From: an uncultured delta proteobacterium
Lineage (GTDB): Bacteria; Myxococcota_A; Polyangia; Haliangiales; Haliangiaceae
Direction: 5' to 3'
Assembly: GCA_963848295.1 (NCBI GenBank)
Contig: CAWKDB010000010.1
Coordinates: 3,392,001-3,456,000 of the forward strand
Length of the DNA: 64,000 nt
In this document: piece after piece, positions 54,553 to 63,485 of the stretch
How the letters are laid out: each line of letters opens with the position of its first letter
How positions within the stretch are numbered: the first letter of the stretch is position 1
Made by a program: the position numbers and the translations under genes
The notes under the pieces: generated by a model
Databases searched by the model: none
What the model was told of the DNA's origin: nothing
Seen by the model: only the letters and a program-made list of their open reading frames with translations

Positions 54553-54945
54553 CTACGGCTGCGGGGCGATCTGCGCCGAGACGGCGAAGCTCTGCACGAT
54601 CTCGTCGAGCTCGGCGGTCACGCGACCGGTCAGCGTCATCGGCTTGTTCGAGTCGGCGTCGAGCGGCACTTCGACCACGACCGTGCCTTCGGCGGGGACG
54701 TCGCGCGACAGCGGCACCTCGCCGGTCGACACGGTCGCACCGTCGGCGGCGAACTTGTACTCGATCTTCGTCAGGTGCATCGGGCGGTCGGCGGGGTTCG
54801 TGACTTGGACGAACACGACTTGATGACCCGTGTCGTGGACGCCGAGGACCTGCAGCTCCGGCGGCTTGGTCGGATGGCAACCGGTGGCAAGCGACAGGGC
54901 GCCGACCGAGAGCGCTAGTGACGTGAGGGTGAGCAACCGCAACAT
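54553..54945 (-). CDS. Small lipoprotein (LEA-2-like beta fold)
   Basis: Lipobox ATGC; VQVTNP..RPMHL..IEY.F. Confidence 0.65.
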   Translation of the reverse strand: MLRLLTLTSLALSVGALSLATGCHPTKPPELQVLGVHDTGHQVVFVQVTNPADRPMHLTKIEYKFAADGATVSTGEVPLSRDVPAEGTVVVEVPLDADSNKPMTLTGRVTAELDEIVQSFAVSAQIAPQP

Positions 54946-54961
54946 GGGCGAAAAAGTATTC

Positions 54962-54977
54962 TGCTGCTTCTGTGCCA
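54962..54977 (-). promoter_or_regulatory. Possible sigma-54 promoter
   Basis: Minus strand TGGCACA-gaag-CAGCA (GG-N10-GC) upstream of ATG 54945. Confidence 0.4.
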
Positions 54978-55109
54978 GCGGGCAACAAAACGCAAGTCCG
55001 CGCGGCGCCTTTACTGTCGATCGTGGTCGCATCGCCAGCGCGCCCCGCAGTTCACGGATCCCTGGCGGACCTGTCGCGGTTTGGCACGTGATTGCGCTAA
55101 CGTCGGCGC

Positions 55110-55583
55110 GTGAAGATCGAGAAGGGACGTCGCATACAGCTCAAGGTCGACCTCTCCGTCGCGGGTGGGCAGCAGCTCGAGAAGAGTACGGTCGAGTATG
55201 TCCAGGGCGCCGGTACGATGCTGGCCGGGCTCGAAGCCGTGCTCGAAGGCCTCGAGAAGGGCGCCAAGCGCGACGGTGTGATCAAGGCCAAAGACGCGTT
55301 CGGCAACGTCGCGATGCACCCGCTCAAGAAGATGAAGCGGACCGACTTCCCGAAGGACGCCAAGCTCAACGAGGGCGAGAAGCTCGTAGCCGCCGGCGCC
55401 GATAAGGCGCACATGAACGTGATCCTGCAGATCGTCAAGGTCTCCGGCGATGACGTCGACGTTCGGCTCGTCCATCCGCTCGCGGACAAAGACATCAAGT
55501 ACTCGGTCGAGATCCTTCAGGTCAGCGATCCGCGCCCGCCGCCCATGCCGGCGCAGGCGCTGAAGCTCGAAGAAGACAAATAG
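55110..55583 (+). CDS. slyD: FKBP-type peptidyl-prolyl isomerase (SlyD-like, no His-rich tail)
   Basis: MKIEKG, YVQGAGTMLAGLE..LEG, DAFG, HPLA.KDI.Y.VEIL.V. Confidence 0.75.
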   Translation: MKIEKGRRIQLKVDLSVAGGQQLEKSTVEYVQGAGTMLAGLEAVLEGLEKGAKRDGVIKAKDAFGNVAMHPLKKMKRTDFPKDAKLNEGEKLVAAGADKAHMNVILQIVKVSGDDVDVRLVHPLADKDIKYSVEILQVSDPRPPPMPAQALKLEEDK

Positions 55584-55592
55584 CGACGGGCG

Positions 55593-56345
55593 ATGCACGC
55601 GCGCCGGCTCTACGCTCATCGCGGCGCCTCTGCCGAGCGACCGGAGAACACGTTGCCGGCGTTCGAGCGCGCGGTCGAATGCGGAGTCGACGCGCTCGAG
55701 ATGGATGTCCAGCTCACCCGCGATGGCCAGCTGATCGTCGCGCACGACGACACCGCGCAGCGGACGACCGGCGTGCCGCTGCCGTGGAGCGAGCTCGATC
55801 TCGCAGACGCGCAGCGGCTCGATGCCGGTTGGGGATTTCTTGCAGCCGATGGCTCGCGGCCGTTTGCGGGCAGAGGCATCGCCGTGTCCACGTTCGAGCA
55901 CGTGCTCGCGACGTTCTCGGGCGTGCGCATCAACGTCGATCTCAAAGGGAGCTCGGTCGACGCGATGCTCGACATCGTCGCGAAGCACGGCGCCGCCGAC
56001 CGCGTCACGCTCGCGAGCTTCCAGCTGCGCACGCTGCTCGAGGTGCGCAAGCGCGGCTACGCAGGCGAGACCGGGATGTCGCAGACCGAGGTCGCATCGC
56101 TGGTCGCGCTACCCGCCGTGGCGTGGCGCCAGCTGCCGCGCACCGGCAACGCGGCGCAGGTCCCGGTGAAGCAGGGTCCGCTGCGCTTCGATCGCCCGGC
56201 GTTCATCGCGAAGTGCCACAGCGTGGGTCTGCGCATCGACTACTGGGTGATCGACGATGTCGCCGAGGCGAAGCGCCTGCTCGATCTCGGCGCGGACGGG
56301 ATCATGACGAATGATCCGGCCGCGGTCGTGTCGCTGTTTCGGTAG
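55593..56345 (+). CDS. Glycerophosphodiester phosphodiesterase
   Basis: AHRGAS..PENTL.AF, EMDVQLTRDG..VAHD, GADGIMTNDP. Confidence 0.93.
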   Translation: MHARRLYAHRGASAERPENTLPAFERAVECGVDALEMDVQLTRDGQLIVAHDDTAQRTTGVPLPWSELDLADAQRLDAGWGFLAADGSRPFAGRGIAVSTFEHVLATFSGVRINVDLKGSSVDAMLDIVAKHGAADRVTLASFQLRTLLEVRKRGYAGETGMSQTEVASLVALPAVAWRQLPRTGNAAQVPVKQGPLRFDRPAFIAKCHSVGLRIDYWVIDDVAEAKRLLDLGADGIMTNDPAAVVSLFR

Positions 56346-56348
56346 GCG

Positions 56349-56387
56349 TTGACATGTACATCTCGCGCTATCATCATGTACATGATG
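56349..56387 (+). promoter_or_regulatory. vapBC promoter/operator
   Basis: TTGACA at 56349; ATGTACAT palindrome at 56354-56361; perfect 16-bp palindrome CATCATGTACATGATG at 56372-56387 covering the start codon. Confidence 0.7.
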
Positions 56388-56663
56388 GCGGCGCCGAAGA
56401 AATGGACGATCACGACGGTGCGGCAACACCTGCCGGCGGTGATCCGGTCGGCCGCGCGCGAGCCACAGCGCGTGTATCGCCGCGCGAAGCTCGTCGCCGC
56501 CGTCGTCGGGCCCGAGCTCGCGACCAGACTGAAGCCGAAGCTCGCGGCCCGGCTCGCTGAGCTGCGCGAGATCTGCGCGGAGGATCGCTACGAGCTCGCG
56601 CTGCCGCCGCGGCGTGATCGTCCGAATTCGTTCGGCACGGGACGGAAGCGTCTTACGCGATGA
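56382..56663 (+). CDS. vapB: Antitoxin (Phd/YefM-like)
   Basis: WTIT..RQHLPAVIRSAAREPQRVYRR.KLVAAVV; ATGA overlap with the PIN toxin. Confidence 0.75.
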   Translation: MMAAPKKWTITTVRQHLPAVIRSAAREPQRVYRRAKLVAAVVGPELATRLKPKLAARLAELREICAEDRYELALPPRRDRPNSFGTGRKRLTR

Positions 56664-57055
56664 GCGCGCTCGTCGATACGAATGTGCTCAGCGAGCTCGT
56701 TCGCGCCCGGCCATCGGCGCGCGTCGTCGCGTGGTTGGGTGCGCTCGACGAGGTTCACATCAGCGTCATCACGATCGAGGAGGTGATGTTCGGGCTCGCG
56801 CACAAGCGCAACGCCCGGGTTCAGCGCTGGTTCGAGAGCTTTTTCGACTCTGCGTGCAAGGTGGTGGAGGTGAGCGCAGCGATCGCGCGCCAAGCGGGCA
56901 TCTTGCGCGGCCAGCTCGCAGCGCGCGGGCGGACGCGGACCCAGGCTGACATGCTAATCGCGGCGAGCGCGGCGCAGCATGGTCTGTCGCTGGCGACGCG
57001 CAACGTCCGCGACTTCGCGGATTGCGGCATCGCCGTCGTCGATCCGTGGGCCTAG
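56660..57055 (+). CDS. vapC: VapC PIN-domain toxin
   Basis: LVDTNVLSE, SVITIEE, ADMLIAASA, LATRNVRDF, VVDPW. Confidence 0.93.
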   Translation: MSALVDTNVLSELVRARPSARVVAWLGALDEVHISVITIEEVMFGLAHKRNARVQRWFESFFDSACKVVEVSAAIARQAGILRGQLAARGRTRTQADMLIAASAAQHGLSLATRNVRDFADCGIAVVDPWA

Positions 57056-57182
57056 TCGAGCATTTTCGACGTGTCAGGAACCCGACACGTCCGAATTGCC
57101 GTCACCAGCCGTTCGCTTCCGCTTGAAAGCGGTTCGGTTCGGGGGCAAGGTCCCCGCTTCAACGACTCTCGGAGTACGTGCC

Positions 57183-58502
57183 ATGGCTCTAAAAAAAGGC
57201 GTCGACGTCAAGCCGGCTCACGGCAAGCTCGGAATCCTCATGCCGGGCATGGGCGCGGTCGCGACGACGTTCATCGCGGGCGTCCAGTCGATCCGGCGAG
57301 GTCTCGGCAAGCCGATCGGATCGCTCACCCAGATGGGCCACATCCGGCTCGGCAAGCGCACCGAGGGCAACTCGCCGCGCATCCAGGACTACGTCTCGCT
57401 CGCGAAGCTCGACGACATCGTGTTCGGCGGCTGGGACATCTTCGAGGACAACGCGTACCAGGCCGCGGTCCGCGCCGGCGTACTCGACGAAAAGCACCTC
57501 GCTCCGCTCAAAGAGGAGCTCGAAGCGATCAAGCCGATGACCGCGGTGTTCGAGCAGGCGTACGTCAAGAAGCTGAACGGCCCGAACGTCAAGAAGGGCA
57601 CGTCGAAGATGCACCTCGCCGAGCAGGTGATGGATGACATCAAGGCGTTCAAGGCACACCACAAGTGCGATCGCCTCGTCGCCGTGTGGTGCGGTTCGAC
57701 CGAGGTCTATCGCAAGCCGACCGACGTGCACATGTCGCTCGCGAAGTTCGAAGCGGGGCTCAATGCTTCGCACGACGACATCGCGCCGTCGCAGATCTAC
57801 GCGTACGCGTGTCTCAAGATGGGCGTGCCTTACGCGAACGGCGCACCGAACCTTTCGCTCGATACGCCGGCGCTGCTCGAGCTCGCGCGCAAGCAGTCGC
57901 TCCCGGTCACCGGTAAGGACTTCAAGACCGGCCAGACGCTGATGAAGACGATCCTCGCGCCCGGGTTCAAGGCGCGCATGCTCGGCCTCGATGGCTGGTA
58001 CTCGACGAACATCCTCGGCAACCGCGACGGCGAAGTGCTCGATGATCCCGAGTCGTTCAAGAGCAAGGAAGTCTCGAAGCTCGGCGTGATCGACTCGATC
58101 TTGCAGCCGGACAAGTATCCGGACCTCTACGGCAACATCTCGCACGTCGTGCGAATCAATTACTACCCGCCGCGCGGCGACGCCAAAGAGGGCTGGGACA
58201 ACATCGACATCCGCGGGTGGCTGGGCTACCCGATGCAGATCAAGGTCAACTTCTTGTGCCGCGACTCGATCCTCGCGGCGCCGATCGTGCTCGATCTCGC
58301 GCTGTTCCTCGACTACGCGGCGCGCGCCGGGATGAACGGTATCCAAGAGTGGCTGAGCTTCTACTGGAAGTCGCCGATGACGCCGGACGGGCTGTACCCG
58401 GAGCACGATCTATTCATCCAGCTGATGAAGCTCAAGAACACCTTGCGCTACACCAAGGGTGACGAGCTCATCACGCACCTCGGTGCCGAGTACTACGACT
58501 GA
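57183..58502 (+). CDS. ino1: myo-inositol-1-phosphate synthase
   Basis: GMGAVATT, GSLTQ, GKDFKTGQT, NILGNRDG, RDSILAAP. Confidence 0.95.
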   Translation: MALKKGVDVKPAHGKLGILMPGMGAVATTFIAGVQSIRRGLGKPIGSLTQMGHIRLGKRTEGNSPRIQDYVSLAKLDDIVFGGWDIFEDNAYQAAVRAGVLDEKHLAPLKEELEAIKPMTAVFEQAYVKKLNGPNVKKGTSKMHLAEQVMDDIKAFKAHHKCDRLVAVWCGSTEVYRKPTDVHMSLAKFEAGLNASHDDIAPSQIYAYACLKMGVPYANGAPNLSLDTPALLELARKQSLPVTGKDFKTGQTLMKTILAPGFKARMLGLDGWYSTNILGNRDGEVLDDPESFKSKEVSKLGVIDSILQPDKYPDLYGNISHVVRINYYPPRGDAKEGWDNIDIRGWLGYPMQIKVNFLCRDSILAAPIVLDLALFLDYAARAGMNGIQEWLSFYWKSPMTPDGLYPEHDLFIQLMKLKNTLRYTKGDELITHLGAEYYD

Positions 58503-58532
58503 GCCGAGCTTGCTCGCGTCGCGTCCAGCGAA

Positions 58533-58553
58533 GCAAGGACGCGATGTCCTTGC
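58533..58553. terminator. Hairpin after ino1
   Basis: GCAAGGAC-gcgat-GTCCTTGC; no clear U-tract. Confidence 0.4.
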
Positions 58554-58604
58554 GGCGAAGGAATCCCTTTAGGGACGACTAGCGGTTCGCGATATCATCG
58601 TGGA

Positions 58605-59765
58605 ATGTTCCGGGTTGCAGTCGTATGGGCGGCTGGCGCAATTGGATGCTACTCGTCGAATCCGGCGACCGGCAGCCACTGCGATGACTCGACGCACTGT
58701 CCGGCCGGCCTCGTGTGCTCGCCCGCGTCGATGACCTGCGAGCGCTCGGCGGTCGACGCGCAGCAGATCGACGCGCACCAGATCGACGCGGACACCTGCC
58801 TCGGCGATGGCTACACGCGTTACTGCTTTGCCGCGCTGCCGACCAACACGCTCGACCTGTCGTTCGCCGCCGGCATCTCCACCGATGCGGTCGGAGGTAG
58901 CACATTCTGTTCGGCCGACTTCGCGGACGTATGCGTGGTCGCCGCGGGCGCGATCGCGATCGACGCGATGGGCACGGCGACCGGTACGCGGCCCCTCGCG
59001 TTGGTCGCGACCACGACGATCACCGTCGGAGCCGGAGGCGGGATCGATGTCGCGAGCCACGGCGGAACAACCGTCGGCGCGGGCGCGGACCCGAGCGACT
59101 GCGTCGCGGGCACGCCGCCAGTGATGGTCGCCGGCAGCTACGGGGGGAGTCTCGGTGGCCTCGGCGGCAATGGCGGCCTCGGCTCGGCCGGCGCGCTCGG
59201 TGGGATTCCAGCGCCTGCGATCACGCCGAGCTCGTTGCGCGGCGGTTGCGCGGGTGGCAACGGCAGCGGCACGAATCCGACCGCCGGCGGTCAGGGCGGC
59301 GGTGCGGTCGCGCTCGTCGCCGGGAGCTCGATCACGATCGCGGGGCAGGTCAACGCCTCCGGAACGCGCGGCGGTGGATCGGCGGCGGGAGCCAGCGGTG
59401 CTGGCGGCGCGGGTGGTGGCTCGGGCGGCTTGATCGTGCTCGACGCGCCGACGCTGATGGTGTCGGGGCTCGTGATCGCGAACGGCGGTGGCGGCGGCGA
59501 GGGTACCGACGGCATGACTGCCGGCAATCCCGGCTCCGATCCAGATCTGACCAACCCGACGACGCCGGCGTCAGGTGGCGCGAACGGTTCGACGTTCGGC
59601 GGCAACGGCGGTGCGGGCGCTGCGGGGCCCACCGCGGCGGCGGTCGGATCGAACGGCACCGGCGGCGTCGGCATCGGCGGTGGTGGGGGCGGCGGTGGTG
59701 CCGGTTATATCCAGACGATCGGTAGCGTGATGAACAGCGGCACGATCTCGCCGGACCCGATATGA
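58605..59765 (+). CDS. Gly-rich secreted/lipoprotein, paralogue 1
   Basis: AIGC-YSSNP lipobox-like start, Cys-rich module (CDDSTHCP..LVCSP..MTC), GGGGGA beta-helix-like repeats. Confidence 0.8.
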   Translation: MFRVAVVWAAGAIGCYSSNPATGSHCDDSTHCPAGLVCSPASMTCERSAVDAQQIDAHQIDADTCLGDGYTRYCFAALPTNTLDLSFAAGISTDAVGGSTFCSADFADVCVVAAGAIAIDAMGTATGTRPLALVATTTITVGAGGGIDVASHGGTTVGAGADPSDCVAGTPPVMVAGSYGGSLGGLGGNGGLGSAGALGGIPAPAITPSSLRGGCAGGNGSGTNPTAGGQGGGAVALVAGSSITIAGQVNASGTRGGGSAAGASGAGGAGGGSGGLIVLDAPTLMVSGLVIANGGGGGEGTDGMTAGNPGSDPDLTNPTTPASGGANGSTFGGNGGAGAAGPTAAAVGSNGTGGVGIGGGGGGGGAGYIQTIGSVMNSGTISPDPI

Positions 59766-59772
59766 TCGCGTG

Positions 59773-60954
59773 ATGTTCCGGCTCGCGATCGCCGCGACCG
59801 CTAGCGCTGCGGCGTGCTACTCGTCGAATCCGGCAACGGGCAGTCACTGCGATGACTCGACGCAGTGCCCACCCGACCTCGTGTGCTCGCCCGCGACGAT
59901 GACCTGCGAGCGCACCGCGATCGACGCGAGCGTCGACGTGCCGCAGCTCGACACGAACACCTGCATCGGAGATGACTACACGCGCTACTGCTTCGGCGCG
60001 CCGCCGACCGGCGACAAGGCGCTGTCGATCGCGGTCAACATCGTCACCGATCTCGATGGCCAGTTCTGCTCGACTGAATTCGCCGATGCATGCGTGATCG
60101 CCGCCGACACGATCTCGATCAGCGCGGACGTCACCTCCAGTGGGAGTCGACCGCTCGTGTTGGTCGCGTCGACGTCGATCACGGTCGCCACCGGCGGGTT
60201 GATCGACGCGGCTAGCCACATGGGAACGATCGTCGGCCCGGGCGCCGATCCGGCCGATTGTGGCGCCGGCGCCCCACCGCAAGACATCGCCGGCGGGTCC
60301 GGTGGCAGCTTCGGTGGCAAGGGCGGCAGCGGCGGAGGCGACGCGACCGGAGCGTCAGGAGGCATCGCGAGCGCGGCGATCGTGCCGACCGGTTTGCGCG
60401 GCGGGTGCAGCGGCGGCAATGGCACCGGAGCGAACCCGACCGCGGGCGGGCAGGGCGGAGGCGCGGTCGCGCTCGTCGCGGGGAGCTCGATCGAGATCCA
60501 GGGCGAGATCAATGCGTCCGGAACGCGCGGCGGCGGCTCGGCGCTAGGCGCGCTAGGCGCCGGTGGTTCGGGAGGTGGAGCAGGCGGCATGATCGTGCTC
60601 GACGCTCCGGACGTGATGATCGCGGCCGGTGGGATCGTGATGGCAAACGGCGGCGGCGGTGGCGAAGGCACCGATGGGATGACGGTCGGAGACCCAGGCG
60701 ACGATCCCGACCCGACCAAGCCGGCGACGGTCGCCGCAGGCGGCAGCGGTGGCTCGGCGAACGGTGGCGATGGCGGCGCGGGTGCGGCGGGTGCTTCCGC
60801 GGCGGCGAACGGTGGTCCGGGCGTTCAAGGGAGCACCGCTGCTGCCGGGGGAGGTGGCGGTGGCGGCGGTGGAGCCGGCTACGTCCACACGGTCGGAACG
60901 CTGATGAACGCGGGCACGATCTCGCCCAGCATGGAGAGCACGACCGTTCGTTAG
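59773..60954 (+). CDS. Gly-rich secreted/lipoprotein, paralogue 2
   Basis: Collinear with paralogue 1 over its full length (CYSSNPATGSHCDDST, NPTAGGQGGGAVALVAGSSI, ANGGGGGEGTDGMT). Confidence 0.8.
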   Translation: MFRLAIAATASAAACYSSNPATGSHCDDSTQCPPDLVCSPATMTCERTAIDASVDVPQLDTNTCIGDDYTRYCFGAPPTGDKALSIAVNIVTDLDGQFCSTEFADACVIAADTISISADVTSSGSRPLVLVASTSITVATGGLIDAASHMGTIVGPGADPADCGAGAPPQDIAGGSGGSFGGKGGSGGGDATGASGGIASAAIVPTGLRGGCSGGNGTGANPTAGGQGGGAVALVAGSSIEIQGEINASGTRGGGSALGALGAGGSGGGAGGMIVLDAPDVMIAAGGIVMANGGGGGEGTDGMTVGDPGDDPDPTKPATVAAGGSGGSANGGDGGAGAAGASAAANGGPGVQGSTAAAGGGGGGGGGAGYVHTVGTLMNAGTISPSMESTTVR

Positions 60955-61514
60955 TTGACGCCGCGACCGGTGAACAAGCTCTCGGGATTGATCCCGAGCG
61001 TGCGCATCGCGACCTCCCACATCGTGTCGGCGGGCGTCTCGAAGATCAGCTGAGGCTCGGCCGACGTGTGCAGCCACGCGCCGCGCGACATCTCGGCCGC
61101 GAGCTGACCGGGTCCCCAACCGGAATAGCCGAGCAGCAGGCGGATGTTGCGCGGCGGTGCGCTCGCGATCGCGCGGAGCCGATCCGGCGAGGTCGACAGC
61201 GAGATCGTCGATGTGATCTCGATCGTGCCGCCATTGCCGGGCGTGGCATGGCCGACCGGCTCGTGCAGCACCCAGCCGGTGCTCGGGCTGACCGGACCGC
61301 CCGCCCACACGACCGCAGAGTCCTCGCCGCGCCAGCTCATCTCGAGACTCTCGAGCAGCTCGGTCGCTTTGATCGGGCTGGGATGGTTGATCACCAAGCC
61401 GAACGAGCCGAGCTCGCTGTGCTCGATCATCAAGACGACCGCGCGGGAGAAGTTCGGGTCGGCGAGCTGAGGCATCGCGAGCAGCAGGCCCGGTGCGAGG
61501 TTCGACGACTCCAC
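60951..61514 (-). CDS. YqgE/AlgH (UPF0301) family protein
   Basis: LLLAMPQLADPNFSRAVV, GGPV, GYSGWGPGQL..E...GAW. Confidence 0.92.
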   Translation of the reverse strand: MESSNLAPGLLLAMPQLADPNFSRAVVLMIEHSELGSFGLVINHPSPIKATELLESLEMSWRGEDSAVVWAGGPVSPSTGWVLHEPVGHATPGNGGTIEITSTISLSTSPDRLRAIASAPPRNIRLLLGYSGWGPGQLAAEMSRGAWLHTSAEPQLIFETPADTMWEVAMRTLGINPESLFTGRGVN

Positions 61515-61590
61515 TCGTTTGGAGTGTTCCGCAAATTCCACAGGGATGCCCGCGGAATCGTAGAAAAACGCCGGTGTGCGATTAGGTGGG

Positions 61591-61749
61591 CTAGTGCAAT
61601 GACGGGTTCGTCGCGGCGTCGGTAGCGGCGACGCTGTTCTCGGCGCGCTTCTTATCGTCGAGGCCGATCTGCGGCGCGATCTTGCGGAACAACGCCGAGC
61701 CGAGCGCGAAGGCGAACCCGGTAGCGATGGCACGAACGAAGAACTTCAT
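61591..61749 (-). CDS. Small membrane protein (52 aa), below the ORF-track cut-off
   Basis: MKFFVRAIATGFAFALGSALFRKIAPQIGLDDKKRAENSVAATDAATNPSLH; TACGCT -10 box 6 nt upstream. Confidence 0.6.
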   Translation of the reverse strand: MKFFVRAIATGFAFALGSALFRKIAPQIGLDDKKRAENSVAATDAATNPSLH

Positions 61750-61764
61750 GGCCAAAGCGTAGCG

Positions 61765-63417
61765 TCATTTGTGGGCGTCGTCGACGATGGTTTGGTACGG
61801 CTCGCCGTAGAGCTGAGACCACACCGTCCGGGCCGCCTCTCGCAGCTGGTCGTCGGGGACGCCGGTCAGCGGGAGTGCGAGCGCGGCGAGTTGCTCGCGG
61901 TCGAGCCGGCCGCGAGTGTAGAGCTGGCGGGTGGGGACCACGCCGAAGCGCTTCGCGAGCGCCTCGATGACGACCGCGCCGGCGATCGCCTCGGGGGAGC
62001 CTTCGTGGTGGTGGTTGAACGCGTGGCTCGCGAGGTTCCACAGCGCGAGTTGCGGCGCGATCCGCTCGCTCGCGATCTGGCTAACGTACGCCGATAGCTC
62101 GCCGTTCGTGCGGCGGACGAAGGGATCGGTGACGACCGCACGGTTGATGCGCAATGCCAGTGGGATCGACAGCGGGTCATCGCGCTCGGCGTCGAACGCG
62201 TGCTGCGCCTCGTGGTGGCGCACGCCGGTCGTGACGACCGAAATCAGATCTTGCCCGGCGAGCTCGTGGCGGACCGCAGCGCCCGCCGCCGCGGCGAGCC
62301 GATGACCGGTCGAGGTCGATAGCCAGTCGCTGTCGCCGAGCTGGTACGGATCTCCACCGCTGACCACCGGTTCGAGCTTGTGGACGGTGAACTCGTCGAC
62401 TTGGTCGAGTAGGACCATCGGATCGCCCGCGTCAGTCGATTCCATGCCGAGCAGCGAGTGCTCGAGGTCGAGCGGATCGAGCCGGCGCAGCTCGAGCACG
62501 CGGTGGCGTTTGTCGCCCGCATGCACGAACGACACGCGCTCGACGCGATAGGCGAGCAGCGCGGCATGTGCGGCGTGATCCTCGACGAACACGCTCGCTT
62601 CGAGGTAGTAGCCGATGCCGAGCGCGGCGAACTGATCCGACACGGCGTGGGCGGCGAGCCTGAGCTCGGTCTCGGCCTCGCGGTAGCCGCGCGCGTGCAG
62701 CGGCTCGTCGAGCCAATGATCGAGCGCGGTCAGCATGTCGTTCCACGCGGCGACGAGCTCCGGTCCATGCGCGGCGATCTCGGGTGCTTCGCGCAGACGC
62801 GCGAGCAGCGCGGCGCGCTCGGGTTGCCGATGGTCCGGATCGTGATCGGCGCTCGCGCCGTAGATGCTCGGGTCGTCGGAGGCATCGCCGTGGCGATCGT
62901 GATCGCCGGCGACCGAAAGATCGGCGAGGTCCCCGGTGAACAGCTCCGCCAGCCCGCGGTCGTAGGCCGGCACGCCGCCGGTGAGGTACGCGCCGGTGCC
63001 GGGCGGCGAGGCCATCCGCCGGTGATGCGATCGATGGTGGACCGCGAACCACGCGGTGGCGCACACGCACACGACCGACAGCGCCGCGATGATCGTCGCG
63101 AACGGCAAGCGCGGGATAGCCGTTCGCGGCAGCGCGCGAAACGCTTCGGACACGCCGGCGCGATCGGTCGCATCGACTTGGTAGCGCCCCGCGACCGTCA
63201 GCGCCGCGACCTGTTGGACGTGGCGCACCGCCATCGGATCGGCAGCGCTGACCAGCCCACCCGAAATCAACGCGGCATCGATCAGCGCGTATTCGAGTCG
63301 GCGGCGCGCCGGTCCGCGCAGCAAGGGGTCGGCGCGCGCGATGGTCTGCCTCGCGACCTCGTCATCGCCGGCTTCGGCTCCGGCAGACAGCGCCGCCAGG
63401 ACGGTTCGCCGGATCAC
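61765..63417 (-). CDS. Membrane-anchored hypothetical protein with HExxH motif
   Basis: One TM; RHHEAQH followed by GELSAYVSQI. Confidence 0.65.
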   Translation of the reverse strand: MIRRTVLAALSAGAEAGDDEVARQTIARADPLLRGPARRRLEYALIDAALISGGLVSAADPMAVRHVQQVAALTVAGRYQVDATDRAGVSEAFRALPRTAIPRLPFATIIAALSVVCVCATAWFAVHHRSHHRRMASPPGTGAYLTGGVPAYDRGLAELFTGDLADLSVAGDHDRHGDASDDPSIYGASADHDPDHRQPERAALLARLREAPEIAAHGPELVAAWNDMLTALDHWLDEPLHARGYREAETELRLAAHAVSDQFAALGIGYYLEASVFVEDHAAHAALLAYRVERVSFVHAGDKRHRVLELRRLDPLDLEHSLLGMESTDAGDPMVLLDQVDEFTVHKLEPVVSGGDPYQLGDSDWLSTSTGHRLAAAAGAAVRHELAGQDLISVVTTGVRHHEAQHAFDAERDDPLSIPLALRINRAVVTDPFVRRTNGELSAYVSQIASERIAPQLALWNLASHAFNHHHEGSPEAIAGAVVIEALAKRFGVVPTRQLYTRGRLDREQLAALALPLTGVPDDQLREAARTVWSQLYGEPYQTIVDDAHK

Positions 63418-63485
63418 GTTGCTTGGACAACGACCGCGGCGGCGCGTTGCAGGAATCTGCACCGGGCCAAGCCGGTGATCTCAGG

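Noticed and set aside
55082..55096. Sigma-54-like TGGCACGTGATTGC upstream of slyD
   Set aside because: GG-to-GC spacing is 9 nt rather than the required 10; a sigma-70 -10 box explains the start better.
56349..57055. vapBC as part of a defence island or mobile element
   Set aside because: An ordinary solitary type II TA pair between housekeeping genes, with no integrase or att sites seen.
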